A DNA stretch of 64,000 bases, taken from the NCBI GenBank assembly GCA_963786995.1, contig CAWBBH010000001.1, forward strand, positions 110,550 through 174,549, given 5' to 3'. This document shows positions 45,206 to 55,474 of the stretch, in pieces; position 1 is the stretch's first letter, and the number at the start of each line of letters is the position of its first letter. The position numbers and the translations under genes are program-made. The notes beneath the pieces were generated by a model. The model had not been told where the DNA came from, ran no database searches, and saw only the letters and a list, made by a program, of their open reading frames with translations. The DNA is from an uncultured Actinomycetota bacterium (GTDB lineage: Bacteria > Actinomycetota > Actinomycetes > Mycobacteriales > Mycobacteriaceae).

Positions 45206-48200
45206 ATGTCGCGAATTTTCCTGAGCCATTCGAGTCTCGACTCACGCGAGGCATTGGCCCTCAAACGGTGGTTGGTAGAGCAGGAGCCGCCCCTGGCGAC
45301 TGACATCTTCCTCGACATCGATCCTGAGGTGGGGCTCCGTCCGGGCGAGCGATGGAAGGACAGACTGCAGCAGGCCAGTGCCAGATGTGAAGCCGTGGTC
45401 TGCCTCCTCTCGAGCAACTGGGAGGCGTCCCACGAGTGCAGGACCGAATACCGCGTCGCGGAGAATCTGAACAAGCAGATCTTGTGTGCCCGCCTCGAGC
45501 CCTCGGCCGGTGATGACTTGACCTCGGAGTGGCAGCGGTGCGACCTGTTCGGCGAGAGTGACTTGACCTCGGTCGACCTGGACGACGGCCCTCCGGTCAT
45601 GTTCGCCACCAAAGGGTTGTACCGGTTGCGAGACGCCATCCGCGGCACCGGCATCAGCGCGCACTCGTTCGTATGGCCGCCCCCCGACGACGTGGACCGG
45701 GCTCCATATCGCGGGTGGGAGCCATTCGAACAGGTCGATGCCGCCGTGTTCTTCGGCCGGGACGCGGCCATCGTGCACGGACTGGACGAACTCCGCGGCA
45801 TGAGAGTGGCTGAGACGAAGTCGCTGTTCGTCGTGTTGGGTCCGTCTGGCACAGGTAAGTCGTCGTTCCTACGCGCGGGCCTGATGCCGCGTCTGGCCCG
45901 CGAGGATCGTCGTTTCACGCTGTTGGGCGTCGTGCGGCCCGGTCGCAACGCGCTCACGGGTGATGCCGGTCTGGCAGCGGCGATTTGGCACGCTCGAGAC
46001 AGGCTGGGCCTGTCAGCACCAAGCCTGGGCGAAATCAAGACCGCGTGCCACGGCGACGTCGAGCGAGTCCGCGAGTTGCTGATCGAGGTCCAGCAGACGG
46101 CGACGGATCGGTTACCGGATCCGGTGAGCGGCGATGACAAGCCGGCCCCTCCGACGTTGATACTCCCCCTGGACCAGGCCGAGGAATTGTTTTCCGCCGA
46201 CGCCGGAGCCCAGGGAGCGGAACTGATGTCGTTGATTCGACGGCTGACGGTACGAACGGAACTGCAACCGCTGAGCCTCATCGTCGTCGCCACCATCAGG
46301 ACCGACCGGTTTGAGGTGATGCAAACGCACCCCGAACTGGCTGGTGTGGAATCAAGGGTCTTCGATGACCTCAAGCCAATGCCGCCGACCCAGTTCAAGG
46401 AGGTGATCACCGGCCCGGCGGCTCGTGCCAGCGAGGGTGGCCGCCGCCTGACTGTTTCACCTGACCTGGTGGAGCGGCTTCTCGTCGACGCCGCCGAGGG
46501 TGCCGACACACTGCCGATGTTGTCGTTGACGCTGGCGCGCCTATATGCCGACTACGGGTCGACGGGTGAGTTGAGAGTCGAGCAATACGAGGCGATGGGC
46601 GGGATGCGCCGTGTCGTCGAGACAGAGATCAACGAGATTCTCGCCGCCGATCCGGACCGACGGCGCCACCAACTCGACTGTCTGCGAGCCGCTTTCATTC
46701 CGTGGCTCGCCACCGTGAACCCGGAGAATGACCATCCGTTGCGTCGGATGGCCCGCTATGACGACTTACCCGAGGAAAGCAGACCGCTGATCGACGCACT
46801 GGTCGCCAAGCGGCTGCTGGTCAAGGACCAGCTCGACGGCCAAGTCGTGGTCGAGGTCGCCCTGGAAAGCCTACTGCGCCAATGGGATGAATTGTCAGAA
46901 TGGCTTCGCGAGCAACGCCATGAACTCCAGGTTGCCGACGACGTCGAGCGTGCCGATACGGCGTGGAAAAGCAACAGCAGGGATGCGGCCTGGCTTCTCG
47001 CCGGTTCTCGTCTCGCCGACGCCGAGAGAGTCGTGAGCTCTCCGACTTTCGCCCAGCGCATGAATCCCGTTCGCGAATACATCGACGCTTCTCGACAAAG
47101 CGAGAACGATCGGTTAGCGGCGGAGGAAGAGCGCCGGCACGCCGAGTTACACAATGCGCGAGAACGGCAAGCAGTTGCCGAAGCGCACGCGAGGGACTTG
47201 CGCAAGCGATCGCGGATCCTGCGTGCCGTTGTTGCAATCACCGCGGCGGTCGCCGTCGTTGCCGTCGTCGGCCTCGTCTATGCCGTAAGCGCCCGCGGTC
47301 AGGCGCAAGACCGGTTCCGCCAGGCCACAAGCGTGCGGTTGGCCTCCGATTCCGACAACATGTTGAACGGCAGCAGGCCTGGCAGTGATGAGAGGGCCCT
47401 GCTCGAGCTACTTGCCGCAAATGCGCTCTCTCCGAATACATTCGACCAGAACATGTACTCCGTCGGTGTCAAGACATTCAACACCCTCAAGCTGATCGAC
47501 CCCTCAATGGGGGTCTTCGGTGCCATCTTCAGCCCCGACGGCCGCCGCTTCGTCGCAGGAGGCGATAACGGAACGCTGCGCTTGTACGACGCTCAGACCG
47601 GCCTTCAGCTGGGTTCGGACCTGGTCGGACACACCAAGTGGATTGACGGTGCCACCTTCAGTCCCGACGGTCACAAGATCGCTTCCGTAAGTGACGATCT
47701 CACCGTGCGACTGTGGAACGCCGACACCGGTCGACCCATCGGCCAGCCGATGTTGGGCCATCAAGACCAGGTGTGGGCGGTATCGTTCAGCCCGGACGGG
47801 CACATGCTCGCGTCCGGCAGCGTGGACCGCACCATGCGGCTGTGGAACGCCGACACCGGCCGACCCATCGGCCAACCGCTGAGACATCCAGACAGGGTCA
47901 TCAGCGTGGAATTCAGCCCCGACGGCCGGCACATCGCCAGCGGGGACGCCGACGGAATATTGCGGTTGTGGGACGTCACGACCGGGCAGCAGTCCGGGCC
48001 AGCGTTGAAGGGTCACACCGGAGAAGTGATCGATGTGGCGTTCAGTCCAGACGGCCGCCGAATCGCGTCGGCGAGCGGCGACGGGGACGTGCGGTTGTGG
48101 GACGCCCAGACCGGCTTGCCGATCGGCGAACCCCTGGCCGCTCAGGGGAGCCGGGTGCTCAGCGTGGCGTTCAGCCCCGACGGTCACAGGATTGCCTCCG

Positions 48201-49428
48201 GCAGTGGTGACGGCGCGGTAAGGCTGTGGGACAGCCGACACTCGCCAGTTGCTTGGTGCGCCCATGCTGGGCCAGAAGGGTGGAGTGTGGACTCTATCGT
48301 TCAGCCCCGACGGAACCCGCCTGCTCTCGGGATCGCAGGACGGGACGATCCGATTGTGGGATGTCGGCATACGTCGGCCGCTCATCGGCCACATCGGGGG
48401 CGTGGCCAGTGTGGCGGTGAGCCCGAACGGACATCGCATCGCGTCGGCTGGTGACGACGGCACGGTGCGCTTGTGGGACGCCGACAACGGCCGCCCGATC
48501 GGCAAGCCGCTTGTCGACAGCGACAAGCCGTTGTCCAGCGTCGCGTTCAGCCCGGATGGACAGCGTCTCGCGGTCGCCGGCGCCGACGGCACGGTCTCGG
48601 ATGTGGAACGCGGACACGGGCACGCTTATCGGTGACCCGATCAATCCCGGGCAGGGACCACTGACGAGCGTGGCGTTCAGTCCCGATGGACGCCGTTTGG
48701 CCATCGGCGGTGGCGACACGTCGGTTGGCGTATCGAGCGACCACGATGGCACCGTCCAGTTGTGGGATGTCAAAACGTTCCGTCCCGTCGGTGGGCCGCG
48801 GAAACACGGCGAACGGGTGAACAGTGTTGCGTTCAGTCCTGACGGGAACCGCATCGTCTCCGGCGGCAACGAGGGTGACAACACCGGCTCGGTGAGGTTG
48901 TGGGACGCCAACACAGGTCAAATGATTGCGGCAACCACGATCGGCGAGGCGCAGCGGATTGTATGGGCCGTGACCTTCAGCCCCGACGGGCGCCGTGTCG
49001 CGGCCGCCGGTGTCGACGGTTTCATTCAAGTTTTGGATGCCGGCGGGCTCGACACAATCGGTGAGCCGATGAAAGGCCATGAGGACAGGGTCGTTTCTTT
49101 GGCGTACAGCCCGGACGGCCGCACAATCGCTTCCGCCAGTCGCGACGAAACCATCCGGTTGTGGAACGTGGAGTCCGGCCAGCAGGTAGGTGATGCGTTG
49201 ACCGCGCACACCGACAACGTGAACAGCGTGGTGTTCAGCCCTGACGGCCAGCGCATCGTTTCGGGCAGCACCGACGGTACTGTCCGAGTCTGGCCAGCCG
49301 CTGCAGGTTCAAAAGAACTGTGCGAGAAGTTGACCCAAAACATGAGCCACAAGCAGTGGAACGAGTGGGTGTCGACCGACATCGACTACATCAAGGTCTG
49401 CCCCGATCTGCGGATCCCGCCGGACTAG
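45206..49428 (+). pseudogene. TIR domain / nSTAND-like P-loop NTPase / hydrophobic helix / 14x WD40-repeat protein, paralog 1 (about 1407 codons; two apparent +1 frameshifts near 48235 and 48597)
   Basis: The TIR is MSRIFLSHSSLDSREALALKRWL...VVCLLSSNWEASHECRTEYRVAE. The NTPase lead-in is PYRGWEPFEQVDAAVFFGRD. Walker A is VVLGPSGTGKSS (45838-45864) and Walker B is LILPLDQAEELF (about 46157-46192). A coiled-coil is followed by the helix ILRAVVAITAAVAVVAVVGLVYAV (47216-47287). There are 14 repeats of the (F/Y)SPDG...RLW(D/N) type. The tail is NMSHKQWNEWVSTDIDYIKVCPDLRIPPD. Length is 3n+2. Confidence 0.8.
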
Positions 49429-49430
49429 AC

Positions 49431-52400
49431 ATGTCGCGAATTTTCCTCAGCCATTCCAGTCGTGATGCGCGTGAGGCGCTGGCCTTGAAGCGCTGGTTGG
49501 TGGGCCAGGAGCCGCCGCTGGCGACCGACATTTTCCTCGACATCGATCCGGAAGTGGGCCTACGGCCGGGAGAGCGATGGAAGGACAGGTTGCAGCAGGC
49601 CAGTGCCAAATGTGAAGCAGTGGTGTGCCTGCTGTCGAAGAACTGGGAAGCGTCGCATGAGTGCAAGACCGAGTATCGCGTCGCGGAGAATCTGAACAAG
49701 CAGATTTTGTGTGCCCGCCTCGAGCCGTCGGCCGGTGACGACTTGACGTCGGAGTGGCAGCGCTGCGACCTGTTCGGCGAGAGTGACTTGACCTCGATCG
49801 ACGTGGGCGGTGGACCGCCGGTGATGCTCGCCACCGGTGGCTTGTACCGGTTACGAGACGCCATCCGCGGCACCGGCATCAGCGCACATTCGTTCGTATG
49901 GCCGCCGCCAGACGACGTCGATCGGGCTCCGTATCGCGGGTTGGGAACCATTCGAACAGGTCGATGCCGCCGTGTTCTTCGGCCGGGACGCGCCAATTGT
50001 GCATGGGCTCGATGAGCTGCGCGGCATGAGACTGGCCGAGACGAAGTCGCTGTTCGTCGTGTTGGGCCCGTCTGGCACAGGTAAGTCGTCGTTCCTCCGC
50101 GCGGGTTTACTGCCACGGCTGGCCCGCGAAGACCGTCGGTTCACGCTGTTGGGCGTCGTGCGGCCGGGTCGCAACGCGCTCACCGGGGATTCCGGCCTGG
50201 CAGCGGCCATTTGGCATGCTCGAGACAAGCTGGGCTTATCGACACCCAGCCTCGGCGGGATCAAATCGGCATGCACCGAGGACATGAGGCGACTTCGCGA
50301 GCTGCTGCTCGAAGTACAGCAAGCAGCCGCGGATCGGTTACCGGATCCGATTCGCGGCGATGAGAAACCGACTCCCCCGACGCTGATTCTGCCGTTGGAC
50401 CAAGCCGAGGAATTGTTCTCCGCTGACGCCGGAGACCAAGGGGCGGAGCTGATGTCGCTGATTCGGCGGCTGACGGTGCGAACGGATCTGCAACCGCTGG
50501 GCCTGATAGTGGTCGCCACCATTCGGACCGACCGATATGAGGTCATGCAGACCCATCCCGAACTGGTCGGCGTCGAGTCACGGGTTTTCGACGACCTCAA
50601 GCCAATGCCGCCGACCCAGTTCAAGGAGGTGATCACCGGCCCGGCGGCTCGTGCAAGCGAAGGGGGCCGGCGCCTCGCAATTTCACCGGACTTGGTGGAG
50701 CGGCTTCTCGTCGACGCCGCCGAGGGCGCCGACACACTGCCGATGTTGTCGTTGACGCTGGCGCGACTATATGCCGACTACGGCTCGACGGGTGAGTTGA
50801 CAGTCGAGCAGTACCAGGCGATGGGCGGGATGCGCCGTGTCGTCGAGACAGAGATCAATGAGGTGCTCGCCACCGATCCCGACCAACGAAGCCGCCAACT
50901 CGATTGTCTGCGCGCGGCTTTCATTCCATGGCTCGCCACGGTCAACCCACATAACGACCAGCCGATGCGTCGGGTGGCCCGCTATGACGACCTGCCCGAG
51001 GAAAGCAGACCACTGATCGACGCACTGGTCGCCAAGCGGCTGTTACTCAAGGACCAGCGCGACGGCCAAGTGGTGGTCGAGGTCGCCCTGGAAAGCCTGC
51101 TGCGCCAGTGGGATGAGTTGGCAGACTGGCTTCGCGAGCAACGCCAGGAACTTCAGGTCGCCGATGACGTCGAGCGAGCCGATACCGCATGGCGAAGCAA
51201 CGGCAAAGATCCGGCATGGCTTCTCGCGGGTTCCCGTCTTGCTGACGCCGAAAAAGTTGTCGGCTCAGCCACCTTCACACAACGGATGAATCCTGTTCGC
51301 GAATACCTCGACGCTTCTCGACAAAGCGAGAACGAGCGGGTCGCCGCGGAGGAAGAACGTCGGCACTCCGAATTACGCAATGCGCAAGAACGGCAAGCAC
51401 AGGCCGAAGCCCACGCGACCGCCTTGCGCAAGCACGCGACCGCCTTGCGCAAGCGGTCGCGGATCTTGCGTGCCGTTGTGGCAATCACCGCGGCAGTCGC
51501 CGTGGTTGCCGTCGTTGGACTGGTCTATGCCATCAGCGCCCGCCATCAGGCGCAAGACCGATTCCGCCAGGCGACCGGCGTGCGTCTGGTCGCCGAGTCG
51601 GACGGCATCTTGGACGACAACAGGCCGGGCAGTGATGAAAGGGCCATGCATGAGCTACTTGCCGCGAATGCGATCTCTCCGAACACATTTGACCAACAGT
51701 TGTACTCAGCGGCGGTCAAGACCTTCGACACCCTCAAGCTCATCGACACCTCGACGGGAACCTTCGGTGGCGCCCTCAGCCCCGGTGCCGCCTTCAGCCC
51801 TCGCGGTGACCGCTTCGTCACTGCAGGCGACCACGGAACATTGCGCATGTGGGACACTCAGACACGGCCAACAGGTGGGCAAAGACTTTACCGGACACAC
51901 TGAATGGGTTAACGACGCTGTGTTCAGTCCCGACGGTGACCGGCTCGCGACCACAAGTGACGATCGCACCGTCCGGCTGTGGAACGCGGACACTGGGGAA
52001 CCGATCGGCCGGCCAATGACAGGCCATGAAGACGAGGTGTGGGGCGTGGCGTTCAGCCCCGACGGGCTCATGATCGCCACGGGCAGCGTGGACACCGACT
52101 TGCGGCTGTGGAACGCGAAAACCGGCCAGCCCATCGGCCAACCAATTGACCATCCCGCCGAGATTGTCTGCGTGGAATTCAGCCCCGACGGACGGCGCGT
52201 CGTCACTGGCGGTTACGACGGGGCTGTACGGATTTGGGACGTCGGCACCGGGCAGCAGATCGGTCCTCCACACAGAGTCCACGAGGACGACACGACGGAA
52301 ATCATCATGGACGTGGCGTTCAGCCCCGACGGCCGCAGACTCGCTTCCGCGAGTGCCGACGGGGATGTGCAGATATGGGACGGGCGAAACCGGCCTTCCG

Positions 52401-53673
52401 ATCGGCGCTCCCCTGACCGGTCACGGGACCCAGGTGATGAGCGTGGCGTTCAGCCCCGACGGCCACCGGCTTGCTGACGGAGGTAATGACGGTGCGGTGC
52501 GGCTGTGGGACGTCGACACCAGGCAATTGCTCGGTGCCCCCATGATGGGCCACAAGAGCGCGGTGTTTACTTTGTCGTTCAATCCGGACGGAACCCACCT
52601 GCTGTCGGGAGCGCAGGACGGGACGATCCGATTGTGGGATGTCGGCATACGTCGGCCGCTCGTCGGCCACATCGGAGGAGTGTCGAGTGTGGCGGTGAGC
52701 CCTGACGGAGATCGCATCGCTTCGGCTGGTGACGACGGCACGGTGCGGTTGTGGAACGCCGACAACGGCCGTCTGATCGGCAAGCCGCTCATGGCCAGCG
52801 GGCAGCCGCTGACCAGCGTCGCTTTCAGCCCGGATGGACGGCGTCTCGCCACCGCCGGCGCCGACGGCACCGTCCGGATGTGGGATGTCGGACGCAGGCC
52901 GGCCGTTGGTGCGCCGATCAATCCCGGGCAGGGACCACTGACCAGCGTGGCGTTCAGTCCCGAAGGACGCCGCGTGGTTATCGGCGGTGGAAACAGCGTC
53001 CGGTTGTGGGATGTCCAAACGGGCAGTCCCATCGGTGAGCCGCGGATACACGGCGAACTGGTACACAGCGTCGCGTTCAGTCCCGACGGCAACCACATCG
53101 CCTCTGGCGGCATGGAGACCGGCTACAACGGCACAGTGGGGTTGTGGGACGCCAACACAGGTCAATTGATACGGGCAGTCCCAATCGGCGGCGCGGATGT
53201 AGTTGTGTTCGCAGTGTCCTTCCGCCCCGACGGGCGCCGCATCGCGGCTGCGGGTGGCGACGGCGTCATTCAGCGGTTGGATGCGGGCAGTCTCGACAAA
53301 GTCGGCGAGCCAATGCAAGCCCATGAGGACACGGTCGTTGCGTTGGCGTACAGCCCGGACGGCCGCTCGCTCGCGTCCGCGAGTCTCGACGAAACCATCC
53401 GGGTGTGGGACACCGAGTCGGGCAAGCAGGCAGCTGATGCGTTGATCGGCCATACCGACAACGTGAACAGTGTTGCGTACAGTCCCGATGGCCAGCGCAT
53501 CGTTTCGGGCAGCACGGACGGTACTGTCCGGGTCTGGCCTGCCATTGCAGGTCCACAAGACCTGTGCGACAAGCTCAGCTGAGAACATGAGTCATAAGCA
53601 GTGGAACGAGTGGGTGTCGCCGGACATCGACTACATCAAGGTCTGCCCCGATCTGCCGATCCCGCCGGATTAG
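49431..53673 (+). pseudogene. TIR domain / nSTAND-like P-loop NTPase / hydrophobic helix / WD40-repeat protein, paralog 2 (about 1414 codons; four apparent frameshifts near 49945, 51865, 52385, 53578)
   Basis: The architecture matches paralog 1: MSRIFLSHSSRDAREALALKRWL...WEASHECKTEYRVAE; VVLGPSGTGKSS; LILPLDQAEELF; helix ILRAVVAITAAVAVVAVVGLVYAI (51463-51534); WD40 repeats; tail NMSHKQWNEWVSPDIDYIKVCPDLPIPPD. Length is 3n+1. Confidence 0.8.
51412..51453 (+). repeat. Perfect 21-bp tandem duplication (CACGCGACCGCCTTGCGCAAG x2) inside paralog 2, encoding HATALRK-HATALRK
   Basis: Two identical in-frame units at 51412-51432 and 51433-51453. Paralog 1 has a single related unit (HARDLRK). Confidence 0.9.
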
Positions 53674-53701
53674 CGAGGTGAGCGGAACCCGGTGCCCGTT
53701 C

Positions 53702-55474
53702 CTACCGGTCATCGCCGATGCGCGTCAGCTGCCCGGCATGGCCTGGGCTGGTGGCGGATCGGACGGCTCTGAGATCGACCAGGGCGAGCGCTTCAGGGAT
53801 CTGACGTACCGCGTCGCGATCGAGATCGGCGATGTCGTCCGGCAACTCGTCGAACGGAACCAGGTAGGGCGTGACCTTTCGCTCAGCGTCTTTGGGTCCC
53901 GACCGCCAGCCGGACTCCAGTCGTTCGGCGACCCAACGTTTGTGCTCGGCGATCGCCAGCATCTCGAATTCCTCGTCGGTGAATTCGAACGCGGGTGCCC
54001 CTATGTCGTGCAGCGGCACGATGGTGCATCCGATGCTGCGCAGCTTTACCGGCATGTCGCGGGCTTGAGCTCGGTTGGACTCCTTGCGCGACTCGTCCAG
54101 TTCGGACCATGACGGCGCCTCCTTGCCGTTGGCGAGTTGACCTGCGCGCCAACGGCGGTGGATGGCAACCGCGATCTTCTCGAATGACCCCCCCGCGACA
54201 AGCTCGGCGGTGCACGTGCGCTCCAGCGCCGGGAACACCTCGACGTTCGTCAGCTCGCCACTGGCAGTCGCGTCGGTGATGAGCCGGGCCACTCCATCCG
54301 TGCGTGACAACGCGACGACCATCGGGACGGCGGGATCAAGGTAGTGGCGCAATGTGAGTGTGGCCTCGATCGCGTCTTCGTCGAGGTAAGCGTTCACATA
54401 GGCGCACGTTATCGGGGGCGCTCCCGCGTCGGCATGCACGGCGTCGAGTCGGTGAAGATCACGGACGGACGTCGACGATTCGACGAACCGGCACACCGAC
54501 TCCAGGGCCGGGTACTGGTCGAGAAGCGCGCGAACGCGTTCCTCGGCGCGGTCGTCGACAACCGTGACCCACAGGGGGGTGTCGTCGGGTCGGTCGGTAA
54601 ACCAGCCCCATGCCGAGTGTTTCACCAACCACGTTCCCAGCGAATCAAGGCGACTGACGAGGACGTGCGGGCTGCCGTTATCGGCCTCGACGGGGAACTC
54701 GTCGAGGCACAGCTGCGCACCGACCTCGTCGATGTTGAAGAAGTCCAGTGACGATGGCGCACCACCCGACGAGTTGGCTTCCTGCACGCGCAACAGCCGG
54801 CACAGCTGCGGGTTGCCGATTCGAGCCAGACATCGCAGTTTGTTGCTTCGGCGCTCTGTCGAAAGTCGCCGCGCGACGGCGACGATCTCGGTGTTCACCG
54901 CATCATTAGGGCACACCGCAAGAAGCTGAGACGCGCGCTGAACTCCGGCTCCCCGCAGCGTGTCTTCCAAGCGTGCATCGCCCACGACGACCGGGCTGCG
55001 CCAACTTCGACACACTTCCAAGAGCGGATTCGCGGGTTCTATTTCAACGACGACTACCCGGTGGCCGGCCTTTCGAAGGCGGTCCCCGAACAAGCTGCCG
55101 ACATAGCCCAGCCCGCAGATGACGATGTGACCGCGCATCAGCGGGATGCGGAGCTGTTGAAACCGATCGTGAAACAACAGGGCCAGCCCGCTCAGCGCGG
55201 CCCAGCCAGACACGAGCGGCGCAAGGATCCGAGCGATCTCGATCTTGACCGGTAGCCCCGTCGTGGCAGGCGACCCCATCAAAAACAGCTTGAAGGTGTT
55301 GTAGGCGATGTCGGTCGCCCTAGGGGGATGCTTAGTTGCCCCCTCGACGTACAACTCGTTCAGGTATTCGGTATATCCCAGCCAGCCAAGCGTGAACGCG
55401 ATCGCGGCGGCGAAACCGAGCAAAGCCCAACGGAAGTCAGCGATGAAGCGCCGAATCGACCGGAGGACGCTCAT
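53702..55474 (-). CDS. Membrane protein with 2 N-terminal TM helices (channel-like, no GYG filter), RCK/TrkA-N NAD-binding Rossmann domain and two C-terminal RyR (ryanodine-receptor repeat) domains
   Basis: The TM helices are WALLGFAAAIAFTLGWLGY and IARILAPLVSGWAALSGLALLF. TrkA-N is GHIVICGLGYVGSLFGDRLRKAGHRVVVVE...VVVGDARLEDTLRGAGV. The RyR-like repeats are EKIAVAIHRRWRAGQ...SWSELDESRKESNRAQAR and EMLAIAEHKRWVAERLESGWRSGPKDAERKVTPYLVPFDELPDDIADLDRDAV. The 590-aa frame is intact. Confidence 0.7.
   Translation of the reverse strand: MSVLRSIRRFIADFRWALLGFAAAIAFTLGWLGYTEYLNELYVEGATKHPPRATDIAYNTFKLFLMGSPATTGLPVKIEIARILAPLVSGWAALSGLALLFHDRFQQLRIPLMRGHIVICGLGYVGSLFGDRLRKAGHRVVVVEIEPANPLLEVCRSWRSPVVVGDARLEDTLRGAGVQRASQLLAVCPNDAVNTEIVAVARRLSTERRSNKLRCLARIGNPQLCRLLRVQEANSSGGAPSSLDFFNIDEVGAQLCLDEFPVEADNGSPHVLVSRLDSLGTWLVKHSAWGWFTDRPDDTPLWVTVVDDRAEERVRALLDQYPALESVCRFVESSTSVRDLHRLDAVHADAGAPPITCAYVNAYLDEDAIEATLTLRHYLDPAVPMVVALSRTDGVARLITDATASGELTNVEVFPALERTCTAELVAGGSFEKIAVAIHRRWRAGQLANGKEAPSWSELDESRKESNRAQARDMPVKLRSIGCTIVPLHDIGAPAFEFTDEEFEMLAIAEHKRWVAERLESGWRSGPKDAERKVTPYLVPFDELPDDIADLDRDAVRQIPEALALVDLRAVRSATSPGHAGQLTRIGDDR

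Larger units (their letters stand above)
45206..53673 (+). repeat. Tandem direct duplication of a roughly 4.2-kb gene unit (two TIR-NTPase-WD40 paralogs head-to-tail, 2-nt spacer)
   Basis: The paralogs are collinear. The first 400 nt of each copy align without gaps, with mostly third-position differences. The stop TAG at 49426-49428 is followed by the ATG at 49431. Confidence 0.85.

Noticed and set aside
47500-53500. Regularly spaced short repeats (GCGTTCAGCCCCGACGG... roughly every 126 nt) that could superficially suggest a CRISPR-like or VNTR array.
   Set aside because: The period equals one WD40 blade of about 42 codons. The conserved part encodes (A/S)FSPDG, and the variable parts are coding and in frame. 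There are no CRISPR-type palindromic repeats and no cas genes.
53674-53701. Short inverted repeat GGAAC-N9-GTTCC between the convergent TIR paralog 2 and the RCK-RyR gene, considered as a bidirectional terminator.
   Set aside because: The stem is only 5 bp with a 9-nt loop and no U-tract, too weak to call.
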